A DNA stretch of 64,000 bases from contig JADHWK010000003.1 of the NCBI GenBank assembly GCA_016783505.1, positions 1 to 64,000 of the forward strand. The letters run 5' to 3'. The stretch comes from Candidatus Zhuqueibacterota bacterium. Lineage in GTDB: Bacteria; BS750m-G25. Every line of letters begins with the position of its first letter. The first letter of the stretch is position 1. The notes beneath the pieces are model-generated. The model made no database searches, was not told the origin of the DNA, and worked only from the letters and a program-made list of their open reading frames with translations. A program made the position numbers and the translations under genes. Below, piece after piece: positions 48,524-57,436 of the stretch.

Positions 48524-50278
48524 TTATCTATTCTTCCAATATCCCGCATTTACTTCTTCATAAGCTATTCTCTTTTTGTTAATCCAACCTATAAATATTG
48601 AACGATTGCCTTCAAATCTACCTGCAAATCTGGTAGTTGAAATTAAATAACATTTTTTAATAGTACGAGCAAGTGCAACAATCAATTGACATATCTCGAT
48701 ATCAGAAGGATTTTTATTACTTCTAGGTAAATTCCCTTCATTTAAACCAACTATAAATACATAACCTGCAGAAAGTCCTTTACAACCCACATATGTAGTT
48801 AAAGCTACTGATATATAATCGAGAGAAAAACTTTCCCCCCCATCTCTCTTTTCACCATCTTCATCTTTACTAAATTCTGCCTTTAAATCCTCAAGTTTAA
48901 CTCTAAAAAAATCCTCTAATATCTCTCTTTCCTCTCGATTAAGTTCCATATCATTTTTCAATTTTTCAAAAATCCCCAGATTGACTTCGTGTTTCTTAAT
49001 ATAACTTTTTGGTAAATAATCGTATAATCGTTTCTCACCATCTTTGAGTGTCTTCTTCAACAAGTTTCCAATATTTTTAATGGGATCGTGTTCTAATAAT
49101 ATCCTCCAACCTAGATTTGAAAATTTGTCTTCATCTAACAATATCTTATAGCCATCATTAATTGAAATCTTTTTTTGTTCTATCTCTATCTTTCTAAAAT
49201 GTAGAATGTATTTTTCATCTCGTTTCAAATAAGAATTTATCTGTTTCAGATATTGCTTAGGACCGGTTATCAAAACCGTATAATCGCCTTTACTATTTGA
49301 TTCTTTAATTTCATCTAAAGTTAGCTTATCAATTTCCTGCTCGATAAATTTGGCTACATAAGGAGCATTTTTTTGTTGAACACTACAGTAAGCGTGAATA
49401 ATTTTAGGATATTTTTTACTATCCTGTAATTTCTCTGGTAAATAGCAGATATACTCTTTATTAACTCGGTTCATAAGTTTTCCTATTTGTTTGGCTTTAT
49501 TAATAACATCATCTATAGCTTTAATCATCACATAAGGACATCTACTACAAAAGGGTAACATAAATCTTTTGTATTTAGGGTCTTTGAATTTTTCTCTTAT
49601 ATATTGGGGTGAAGCATATTTCAATCGAGTATAAAGTGCTTGGTCATCGTCTCCAACAATTAAAATAGGACTTTTTGTTTCTAAAATATTTATAAACTCA
49701 ACTTCCAATTTGTTAAAATCCTGATACTCATCAACTACAATCTGGTCGTATTTTGGAACTTCATCTGGTTTTTCTCTAAAATACTCAAGTACTCTAAAAA
49801 CGGAATCGTCAAAAGATACAGCATTATAGTAGTTAGAACGTCTCAAAAAGAAAGAAATATTTTTGCTTTCATAATCAAGCTGTTTAAAACTACGACTAAA
49901 ATTTGGGTCTTTATTATAACTTATTCGAGCATCTGATTTTATAATTAACTCTAATTTGGGAAAGAGAATGAAATCATCATCGATACCTTCATGATTAATC
50001 TTATGCAATAATTCTTTACAAAAGCTATGAAATGTACGTGACTTTGCTATATCTTTTAAATCTTTTTTTAATTTTTCTGCTAAATTATTAATAAAAGTCA
50101 AGGCGAGATAATTCCCTTGTTTTCTCTTCAATAATTCATAAAAGGTATATGTTTTCCCTGTACCAGGACCAGAAACGATAACTTTCTTGGGACACGTAGA
50201 CTCAAGTATTCTTCTAGTAAATTTATTTCTTTCTTCCTCTTGTTTTTTGAGATATGACCTTAATTCTTCTTCATTCAT
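48524..50278 (-). CDS. UvrD/SF1-like helicase/ATPase, AT-rich
   Basis: GPGTGKT, TFHSF, VVDEYQD, VGDDDQALY, KGL, VALAR. Confidence 0.85.
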   Translation of the reverse strand: MNEEELRSYLKKQEEERNKFTRRILESTCPKKVIVSGPGTGKTYTFYELLKRKQGNYLALTFINNLAEKLKKDLKDIAKSRTFHSFCKELLHKINHEGIDDDFILFPKLELIIKSDARISYNKDPNFSRSFKQLDYESKNISFFLRRSNYYNAVSFDDSVFRVLEYFREKPDEVPKYDQIVVDEYQDFNKLEVEFINILETKSPILIVGDDDQALYTRLKYASPQYIREKFKDPKYKRFMLPFCSRCPYVMIKAIDDVINKAKQIGKLMNRVNKEYICYLPEKLQDSKKYPKIIHAYCSVQQKNAPYVAKFIEQEIDKLTLDEIKESNSKGDYTVLITGPKQYLKQINSYLKRDEKYILHFRKIEIEQKKISINDGYKILLDEDKFSNLGWRILLEHDPIKNIGNLLKKTLKDGEKRLYDYLPKSYIKKHEVNLGIFEKLKNDMELNREEREILEDFFRVKLEDLKAEFSKDEDGEKRDGGESFSLDYISVALTTYVGCKGLSAGYVFIVGLNEGNLPRSNKNPSDIEICQLIVALARTIKKCYLISTTRFAGRFEGNRSIFIGWINKKRIAYEEVNAGYWKNR

Positions 50279-50282
50279 CTCT

Positions 50283-50455
50283 CTAATCTTCTATTACAGG
50301 GTCATCAATTGAAATTCCTAAAGCCTTAGCTGCTTTAATCAAAGTAGAAACTCTCGGGTCTTTTATGCCGCCTGTTGCTAGTTTAATGATGGTATTGTAT
50401 GAGATATCCGCCTTTCAAGCCAAAGCTTCTTGAGTCAATCCAATTTTTTTGCTTT
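50283..50455 (-). pseudogene. XRE-family HTH regulator remnant
   Basis: KKIGLTQEALA*KADISYNTIIKLATGGIKDPRVSTLIKAAKALGISIDD; no start codon found. Confidence 0.75.
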
Positions 50456-50494
50456 TTGCTATAAAAAAAGGGGCTTAAATCCCTTTTCTATTAA

Positions 50495-50552
50495 GCTCCG
50501 GAGGAGGGACTCGAACCCCCATCCCGAACCTTCGGGATAACAGCCACCCGCT
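50495..50552 (-). repeat. Degenerate tRNA-Asn copy 2
   Basis: GCTCCGGAGGAGGGACTCGAACCCCC[palindrome]AACAGCCACCCGCT. Confidence 0.9.
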
Positions 50553-50833
50553 TAAGTCTGAATATGATACTCTCCGGAAATCAACTTCTTAATGAACCCC
50601 TTACTCTTCTGGAATTTTACAAACCGTTCCGCCCTTTGAGCAGAAATACGATCAGAAAATTCCAAAGTGAAAATCAGTTTCCAAGGGCGTCCTCGCTTAG
50701 TCCATCCCTTTTGACTGGTATTATGATATAAAAGTCTCTCTTCCGGGTCACGAGATATACCAGTGTAGTATTTTTCCAGTTTATCAGAATAAAGAATGTA
50801 TAAATAACAGGGATCTCGATTAGAGTATTGCAT
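50552..50833 (-). CDS. Small GIY-YIG endonuclease
   Basis: YLYILYS...YYTGIS.DPEERL..HN, TKRGRPWKL, AQRAERFVK. Confidence 0.9.
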   Translation of the reverse strand: MQYSNRDPCYLYILYSDKLEKYYTGISRDPEERLLYHNTSQKGWTKRGRPWKLIFTLEFSDRISAQRAERFVKFQKSKGFIKKLISGEYHIQT

Positions 50834-50843
50834 AAATTAAAAG

Positions 50844-50915
50844 CTCCGGAGGAGGGACTTGAACCCCCAACCTAGTGGTTAACAGCCACCCGCTCTCCCA
50901 TTGAGCTACTCCGGA
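50844..50915 (-). tRNA. tRNA-Asn (GTT), CCA not encoded
   Basis: TCCGGAG TAGCTCAATGGGAGAGC G GGTGG CTGTTAA CCACT AGGTT GGGGG TTCAAGT CCCTC CTCCGGA G folds as a cloverleaf. Confidence 0.95.
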
Positions 50916-50985
50916 ACAGAACATCAAAAATCACTTGAACATAAAATCCAAAATTCTATCCTAAAATCCGTAGTAACAAAAAAAT

Positions 50986-51055
50986 GGACTCGAACCCCCA
51001 TCCCGAATCTTCGGGATAACAGCCACCCGTCCCGATCCTTCGGGACTACTCCGGA
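50986..51055 (-). repeat. Degenerate tRNA-Asn copy 3 (two hairpins replaced)
   Basis: GGACTCGAACCCCC[pal]AACAGCCACCCG[pal]CTACTCCGGA. Confidence 0.9.
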
Positions 51056-51180
51056 TTTTTTACAACAAACTATTATTTCTACCCCCATCCCGAAACTTCA
51101 GAATCAGGTACAGATGGGTCTTAGGTTTTCTATTATACTGTTATTGCCAGTTTTAGTTAGTTCATTTAAAATTTACCGAC

Positions 51181-51381
51181 TTATCCTGCTGCAACTTGTT
51201 GGTATGAGAAATTAAGAATATTGGCGCGTTGCTTGGCGTGTTCGATTGTCATACTAACCAAGTTTCCATCTTTATCAAGTTCGACTAGAATATTTTCGTT
51301 TAGATCTCGAGTGTCGACAATTTCCTTATCAGTAAAATTGACAAGAACAGTGTCCGTATCCTGAAAATATTTGATTTCCAT
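51181..51381 (-). CDS. DUF2283-like small protein (putative antitoxin)
   Basis: MEIKYFQDTDTVLV, ILVELDKDGNLVSMTIEHA. Confidence 0.75.
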   Translation of the reverse strand: MEIKYFQDTDTVLVNFTDKEIVDTRDLNENILVELDKDGNLVSMTIEHAKQRANILNFSYQQVAAG

Positions 51382-51623
51382 TAGATGTCCTCCTTAAAAG
51401 AACTGTCAAAGAAAGCATTGTGAATAGTTTCCCCATCTTCCAACAGAATAATACGAAGATATTTGTCATTAGCTTCTGAAATTTTTGCCCATCTTTTGAT
51501 CCGACCATCAGATTGAATCTCTTCTTTAACAGGATTGTTATAGATATACTCAATCCATTCCATTTTTATATCTCTCCTATCGTTACGTTGTAGAGTGTAA
51601 AGAAAGTATTGAGTAAATTTCAT
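51381..51623 (-). CDS. Putative RelE-like/DUF4258-type toxin
   Basis: 80 aa, QSDGRIKRW...YLRIILLEDGETIHNAFFD; overlaps the DUF2283 start. Confidence 0.6.
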   Translation of the reverse strand: MKFTQYFLYTLQRNDRRDIKMEWIEYIYNNPVKEEIQSDGRIKRWAKISEANDKYLRIILLEDGETIHNAFFDSSFKEDI

Positions 51624-51649
51624 TTTCAGTAAACCTATAACATTTCTGT

Positions 51650-51762
51650 TTCGGGGAGGAATCCGTCAAGAGCCGGACTCACACTTCGTTCTAGCTCGAA
51701 CCCCCATCCCGAACCTTCGGGATAACAGTCACCCGTCCCGATCCTTCGGGACTACTCCGGAA
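51650..51762 (-). repeat. Degenerate tRNA-Asn copy 4 (near full length; two hairpins replaced, one insert)
   Basis: Same 33-nt insert as copy 1 and the same palindromes as copy 3. Confidence 0.88.
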
Positions 51763-51770
51763 TATATTAT

Positions 51771-52610
51771 TCAAAGAACCACACTTTTATGCCTGGCGGC
51801 GTGGCATTGGATGTTCACCGCCGCCGGCAGGCTGGCGATATGGCAGGGATAGACCTCGATGAAGACGGCCAGGGCGGTGGTTCTACCACCCAAGCCCTGG
51901 GGGCCGATGCCCAGTTTGTTTACATCCTCCAGCCATTCCTTTTCCAGCTTTTCGTAATAAGGATCGGGATGAACGGATCCGATCTCCCTTAAAAGGGCCT
52001 TCTTGGCGATCTGTGTGCATTTGTCGAACGTCCCCCCGATGCCCACCCCCACCACGATGGGGGGACAGGGGTTGGCCCCCGACCGACTGACCCGGTCGAG
52101 CACAAACTGCCGGACGCCCTCAACCCCGTCGGCGGGCTTCAGCATCCACACTTCACTCATGTTTTCGCTGCCACCGCCCTTGGGGGCCATGACAATTCTG
52201 AGCTTATCCCCGGGAACCATTTCTGTCCAGATAACCGCCGGCGTGTTATCGTCGGTGTTCTTTCTCTCCAGAGGATCAGAAAGAATGGATTTCCGCAGAT
52301 ATCCCTCGGTATATCCCTGCCGTACCCCTTCGTTGATAGCTTCTTTCAAGTCCCCGTTCAAGTGGACATCCTGACCTAGCTCCACAAAAAAGACGGCAAA
52401 GCCGGTGTCCTGACAAATGGGCACCCTCTCTTCAGAGGCAATCTTAGCATTTTCCAGAAGCTGGTCCAGAATATTCCTACCGGTAAGGGATTCCTCCCGG
52501 GCCTTGAATGTCTTAAAAGCCTCCACCACATCCTGACCCAGATAGTAATTCGACTCCATACACAGGTTTTTCACCGCTTCGGTAACGGTCTTAACGTCCA
52601 ATTCTCGCAT
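51771..52610 (-). CDS. Fe-S fumarate hydratase/tartrate dehydratase alpha subunit
   Basis: PICQDTG, GYLRKS, KGGGSEN, NPCPP, GPQGLGG, CHAARH. Confidence 0.92.
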   Translation of the reverse strand: MRELDVKTVTEAVKNLCMESNYYLGQDVVEAFKTFKAREESLTGRNILDQLLENAKIASEERVPICQDTGFAVFFVELGQDVHLNGDLKEAINEGVRQGYTEGYLRKSILSDPLERKNTDDNTPAVIWTEMVPGDKLRIVMAPKGGGSENMSEVWMLKPADGVEGVRQFVLDRVSRSGANPCPPIVVGVGIGGTFDKCTQIAKKALLREIGSVHPDPYYEKLEKEWLEDVNKLGIGPQGLGGRTTALAVFIEVYPCHIASLPAAVNIQCHAARHKSVVL

Positions 52611-52659
52611 TTTGTCCCCGTCAAAATTACCCTGTCAATCGTCTTCAGCAGTTGACCTT

Positions 52660-53316
52660 TTACAACTTATGCTCCAGAACAACAATCTTTCTTTCACCAG
52701 GCAAGGTCTCCTTGGTGATCGAAAATTCTGATGTCCCCGGACGTTCCACATCCTTCTGCCCTTTCAAAAATGGATCGACGGGGGCGATAGGAAATCCCAA
52801 TACCTCGGTCTTGAAGTGCATGGGGATCACCACCCTGGGATTAAGCTGATCCACTACCCGTTTGGCCTCGTCAGCGTTAATGGTGTAAAAGCCCCCCACC
52901 GGGATGAATAGCACATCTACCGTACCGATGGAGGCCACCTCATTTGCGCTGAGAACATGCCCGAGATCACCTAAGTGACACACCCGGAAGCCGTCTACAT
53001 CAAAGCTGAAGATGGTGTTTCCTCCCCGCTCCCTTCCTCTGCTTTGATCGTGATAAGTGGCCACCCCATTGAACACAAATCCCCCAACTTTATAGGTCCC
53101 CACCCCCTTAACCACAGTGGGGCTCCCCTTGAGGCTTTTAACATCGAAGTGGTCGGGGTGCTCGTGGCTCACGATCACCACATCCACCACATCCTCGATC
53201 TTTCCATACCCAACGGCTCCGTCATAGCTTCCTGCTTCATAAGGATCGGTGAGAACCTTGCGACCGTCTTCCGCTTTAATCAAAAAGGCAGAATGGCCCA
53301 ACCAAGTAATTATCAT
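52660..53316 (-). CDS. MBL-fold metallohydrolase
   Basis: WLGHSAF, SHEHPDH, HLGDLGH, IPMHF. Confidence 0.88.
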   Translation of the reverse strand: MIITWLGHSAFLIKAEDGRKVLTDPYEAGSYDGAVGYGKIEDVVDVVIVSHEHPDHFDVKSLKGSPTVVKGVGTYKVGGFVFNGVATYHDQSRGRERGGNTIFSFDVDGFRVCHLGDLGHVLSANEVASIGTVDVLFIPVGGFYTINADEAKRVVDQLNPRVVIPMHFKTEVLGFPIAPVDPFLKGQKDVERPGTSEFSITKETLPGERKIVVLEHKL

Positions 53317-53387
53317 GGTTTCCTCCTTAATTCTTGCCCATTAAAGATACGGAAATGAGGGAATAATATCAAGTATTTTTTTAATTA

Positions 53388-53418
53388 AAAGGGAGGATCC
53401 TAACTGAGATCCTCCCTG
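53388..53418 (-). terminator. Rho-independent terminator after mdh
   Basis: AGGGAGGATC..GATCCTCCCT stem followed by a T-run on the minus strand. Confidence 0.65.
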
Positions 53419-53446
53419 GTTTAGACCCTTGATATTAACTTACCAA

Positions 53447-54382
53447 TTATAGCTTTGTTTCAGCCGCTGTTTTCTTGACGGCCTCAAGGGTATTGGCCAA
53501 CAAAGCCTTTTCATCCTCGGTCAGCTTAATTTCAATGACCTTCTCCACCCCACCGGCCCCGATGATCACAGGGACACCGATGAAATAGCCATCAATTCCG
53601 TATTCCCCCTCACACAGAGCGGCGCAGGGAAGAACCCGTTTCTTGTCCTTCAGGTAGGCCTCGGCCATCTCGGTCGCGCTGCCGGCCGGGCTAAAATAGG
53701 CACTGCCATTGGCCAGTAGTTTTACAATCTCAGTACCGGCTTTTCTTGTCCGGTCCACGATGGCGTCAATCTTTTCCTGGGACAGGAAGTGATCCAGGGG
53801 AACCCCGCCGATGGAAGCCAGCCGGGGCAGGGGAACCATGGTAGGGCCGTGCCCACCCATGACGGTAGCGGAAATATCCTGGACGGAAAGCCCGGTCTCC
53901 ATGGCCACAAACGCCCGGAAGCGAGCGGTGTCCAAGGCTCCCGCCATCCCCACGACGCGGTTCTTAGGAAATCCGGTGATCTTATAGAAAGCGTAAACCA
54001 TGGCATCTAAGGGATTGGTCAGAATAATGTTGAAGGCATCCTGGCAGTAGCGCTTCACGTTCTCCGCTACCTTGGTGATAATCTTGATGTTCACATCAAG
54101 CAGGTCTTCCCGGCTCATCCCCGGCTTTCGGGGAACCCCGGCCGTCACGATGATAACGTCCGATCCGGCGATCTCCTCCCAGTTACTGGTCCCGGTTATC
54201 GCACAATCGTATCCATCGTGGGGGGTAGTCTGGGAGATGTCCAGAGCCTTGCCCTTTACAAAACCTTCCTTTTTAGGAATGTCCACTATCACAGCATCGC
54301 CCAGTTCCTTTTGGGCGATGAGCAGGGCTAAGATACCCCCAATCTGACCCCCACCGATAACCGTGATCTTCTTTCTCGCCAT
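53447..54382 (-). CDS. mdh: Malate dehydrogenase (LDH-like)
   Basis: IGGGQIG, TAGVPRKPGMSREDL, TNPLDAM, LDTARF, GGHG. Confidence 0.93.
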   Translation of the reverse strand: MARKKITVIGGGQIGGILALLIAQKELGDAVIVDIPKKEGFVKGKALDISQTTPHDGYDCAITGTSNWEEIAGSDVIIVTAGVPRKPGMSREDLLDVNIKIITKVAENVKRYCQDAFNIILTNPLDAMVYAFYKITGFPKNRVVGMAGALDTARFRAFVAMETGLSVQDISATVMGGHGPTMVPLPRLASIGGVPLDHFLSQEKIDAIVDRTRKAGTEIVKLLANGSAYFSPAGSATEMAEAYLKDKKRVLPCAALCEGEYGIDGYFIGVPVIIGAGGVEKVIEIKLTEDEKALLANTLEAVKKTAAETKL

Positions 54383-54403
54383 ACCTTTCTCCTTTCCCGC
54401 TTT

Positions 54404-54655
54404 TTAACTATATACACTGACGACTTTCTTTCTTCCCCCCCTTTTTTCAAACTTCACCACCCCATCGCTGAGGGCAAACAGGGTGTCATCACCGCCCCGT
54501 CTGACGTTGACACCGGGGTGAAACTTAGTCCCCCGCTGGCGCACCAGAATGTGGCCCGCTCGTACCCGCTGGCCGCCAAAACGCTTCACCCCCAGCATCT
54601 TGGGCTGTGAGTCCCGGCCATTGCGGGAACTTCCCATACCTTTTTTATGAGCCAT
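54404..54655 (-). CDS. rpmA: 50S ribosomal protein L27
   Basis: [16 protein letters not shown]. Confidence 0.97.
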   Translation of the reverse strand: MAHKKGMGSSRNGRDSQPKMLGVKRFGGQRVRAGHILVRQRGTKFHPGVNVRRGGDDTLFALSDGVVKFEKRGGRKKVVSVYS

Positions 54656-54832
54656 TTCTCTACCTAACTTTACACATAAATTTTATGCAACAATTCAGCC
54701 ACTTCAGTTGGGCACCTGACCGATATTCTTCCCACTGATATTCAGATATAATGATAAACTTTTCCTCACTAATCTATTATTCCAATTGCCCCGAACCGCC
54801 GGGGATAAGTTATTTCCTTAGTGTCTTTGTGG

Positions 54833-55147
54833 CTAAATTGATGCTATTTTGTCAATTTTCAAAACAGAATATCCCTGCCGGTGCCCCTTTTTGACCCGAT
54901 ACCCCTTCCGCCGTTTCTTCTTGAAGACGATCACCTTCTTGTCGCGGCCGTGTTCTAGGATAGTAGCTTCCACCCGGGCCTTGGGGAGGGTGGGGCTGCC
55001 TATCTTAACCCCATTCTCCGAAGACAGAAGCATCACCCGGTCAAAGGTTACCTTTTCCCCCACTTCCCCCGGCAACCGAGGGACCTTAACCTGTTCTTCC
55101 TCGGAAATCTTAAACTGTTTTCCGGCGATCTCTACAATAGAATACAT
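54833..55147 (-). CDS. rplU: 50S ribosomal protein L21
   Basis: MYSIVEIAGKQFK, KKKRRKGYRVKKGHRQ. Confidence 0.96.
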   Translation of the reverse strand: MYSIVEIAGKQFKISEEEQVKVPRLPGEVGEKVTFDRVMLLSSENGVKIGSPTLPKARVEATILEHGRDKKVIVFKKKRRKGYRVKKGHRQGYSVLKIDKIASI

Positions 55148-55174
55148 AAGAACCACTTCAACATTTCCGGGCTA

Positions 55175-55203
55175 AATATACGGATTTTTAGACTTTTTGT
55201 CAA
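55175..55203 (-). promoter_or_regulatory. sigma70-type promoter for rplU-rpmA
   Basis: TTGACA-17bp-TATATT. Confidence 0.65.
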
Positions 55204-55213
55204 GCTCTAAATA

Positions 55214-56719
55214 TCAGGTTTGTTCCTTTTCTGGGCTCTTAGAGAGGGTTTGGAATTCCTCCATCTTCAAGGATTCATCGGTTACGATCCTAATCCTCAT
55301 CCGGTATTTCCACATCCATCCCATAGCCCGACTGCGAATCCCTTCCTTGAGGTATTCGGCCAATTCCGGATGGACGTGGATTTCCACCGATCGCCCCTTG
55401 GATTTCGACCTGAAACTTTGAATCCAACGTTCGATCTTGGTGGTCACCGTCTCCTTGGAGACCACCATGCCGCTGCCCTGACAGGTGGGACAGGGTTCAT
55501 TAAAGGTATGGATCAGGCTGGGGCGCACCCGCTCCCGGGTGATCTCCAAAAGCCCAAACTTATTGATGGGTAATATCTCATGTTGCGAACGGTCCTTCTT
55601 CAGTTCCTTGACCACTTCATTGTAGACCTTCTTCCGGTTCTTCTCCGCCATCATATCAATAAAATCCACTACGATGATACCACCCAGATCACGCAGCCTG
55701 ATCTGGCGACAGACCTCCCTGGCCGCTTTAAGATTAACCCGAAGGGCGTTGGTTTCATAGCCCTCTTTGCCCGAATACTTACCACTGTTGACGTCAATGG
55801 TCACCAAAGCCTCGGTCTGTTCGATGACGAGATACCCACCCCCCCGCAGCCATACCTTTCTCTCCAGGCTTTTTTCAATATCCCTTTCAATCTTGAAGGC
55901 GTCGAAAAGCGGAAGGGCATTTTTATAATATTCAATTTTTTCCAGAAGATGGGATCCCACCGATTTAAGGTAGCTTTTAATCTCCCTTAGGAGTTTTTTA
56001 TCGTCAACCACCGTCCGGTCTACGTCGGTGGTGAACAGATCCCTGATGATGCTGGAGGCCATTCCCATATCCTTATGGATTAGTGCCGGGGTCTCAGTCC
56101 TCCCGATCTTTCGTTTAATTTTGTTCCATGTTTTAAGCAGAGCTTCCAGATCCTTGAACAGCACATCCTTCTGCTGACTTTCGGAAACAGTGCGGGCGAT
56201 TAAGCCAAAACCGTCCGGTCTAATCTTCTGGATCAATCGCTTCAACCTGGTCTTTTCGGCATAATCGCCGATCTTCCTGGATACCCCAACGTGTTTGGCA
56301 TTGGGCATCAGCACCAGGAAACGACCGGGTATGGAAATCTGAGCGGTGAGGCGGGGGCCCTTTCCCCCCAAGGGCTCCTTAATGATCTGCACCACCATAT
56401 CCTGTCCGCGCCGAATCGGGGGGCTTCCGACCTCAGCCCGTCCTTCAGCACCCGTCACCTCGGCATCGGCCAAGAAGCTGAGCTCACGTCCAAACCTTCC
56501 CATCTCAGAAAAGGGTAAAAAAGCTTCCTGTTCCAGGCCGATGTCCACAAAGGCGGCCTTGATTCCACCTAAAACCCGGGTCGCTTTACCCTTATAAATA
56601 TCCCCTAAAATGCGCTCTTTTTCCGGTCTTTCCACAAAGAGCTCCACCAGTCTGTCGTCCTCGAGGATAGCGATACGCGTCTCACTGGCGGTCACATTGA
56701 TTACAATCTCTTTTTTCAT
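55214..56719 (-). CDS. rng: Ribonuclease G/E family
   Basis: GDIYKG, AAFVDIG, TEALVTIDVNSG, IRLRDLGGIIVVDFIDM, CPTCQGSG. Confidence 0.92.
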   Translation of the reverse strand: MKKEIVINVTASETRIAILEDDRLVELFVERPEKERILGDIYKGKATRVLGGIKAAFVDIGLEQEAFLPFSEMGRFGRELSFLADAEVTGAEGRAEVGSPPIRRGQDMVVQIIKEPLGGKGPRLTAQISIPGRFLVLMPNAKHVGVSRKIGDYAEKTRLKRLIQKIRPDGFGLIARTVSESQQKDVLFKDLEALLKTWNKIKRKIGRTETPALIHKDMGMASSIIRDLFTTDVDRTVVDDKKLLREIKSYLKSVGSHLLEKIEYYKNALPLFDAFKIERDIEKSLERKVWLRGGGYLVIEQTEALVTIDVNSGKYSGKEGYETNALRVNLKAAREVCRQIRLRDLGGIIVVDFIDMMAEKNRKKVYNEVVKELKKDRSQHEILPINKFGLLEITRERVRPSLIHTFNEPCPTCQGSGMVVSKETVTTKIERWIQSFRSKSKGRSVEIHVHPELAEYLKEGIRSRAMGWMWKYRMRIRIVTDESLKMEEFQTLSKSPEKEQT

Positions 56720-56765
56720 CAGCAGTCCACTTTCTTAGCTATAGGAATATTGCAATTTCTAAATA

Positions 56766-57057
56766 GATGTAGCCGTACCCTTTATGGGTGCGAAGTTACA
56801 AATTCACTCAGGCGCCTGGGCCTGTGGCAGAACTATCGCGATTGATAATTTAGGGGTTATGTTTAGAACCGCTCTAAAGAGCGGTTCTGGTTAAATACTT
56901 GTTAAAGAAAGCCTTAACCAGAACTTTATCCCGATGCTTCGGGATAGGTTTTGGCCCTTGCCGAGCAGGCAAGATCTTCAGACGGAAAATCAATGATCTC
57001 TAAGTTGTGCCACAGATCCGCCTGACTGACCGCAGGTATAAAGCCTGCGACTACATC
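56766..57057. repeat. Inverted pair of GTAG-type REP-like palindromes (REPIN-like)
   Basis: GATGTAGCCGTACCCTTTATGGGTGCG and CGCAGGTATAAAGCCTGCGACTACATC; related CGCAGGCTCAAAGCCTGCG at about 34537. Confidence 0.65.
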
Positions 57058-57139
57058 CATTATGATAAAAAATGAAGAAACAAGAATTTTGAACACTTAG
57101 GTTTACTCAGAATTTAGTTTTTTAAACTTAGCAATTTTC

Positions 57140-57436
57140 AATGCTCGTCGGGGAAGTTGTCTTCCCCGACAAAACCGTTGCCATAGATTTCCGATGGGTT
57201 TTGGAGTGCATCCCGAACCTTCGGGATGCATACAATCGGATTTTGAGCTCTGCTCCGATGTTGTCATTCTGACCCCGATTTATCGGGGTGAAGGGTCTCA
57301 GAGATTCTCAGAATGACAGTGCCGAAGGGCCAGAATAATACTCCCATTGGCTCGTTTTGGAGTGCAACCTGTCAGTGACCCGTTTTGGGATCGGTCAGGA
57401 AAGCTTGCTTTTGCCAGTAAAAATTCCAAATAGTGA
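57140..57436. repeat. Composite repeat copy A (about 300 bp)
   Basis: Co-linear with 60379-60621 from AATGCTCGTCGG to AATTCCAA.T.GTGA. Confidence 0.85.

Noticed and set aside
50901-51215. 104-aa plus-strand ORF
   Set aside because: Antisense read-through of tRNA repeats with no recognisable motif.
48302-51762. CRISPR array or multi-tRNA cluster
   Set aside because: Repeats are tRNA-derived, irregularly spaced and separated by genes; the copies lack an anticodon stem; no cas genes.
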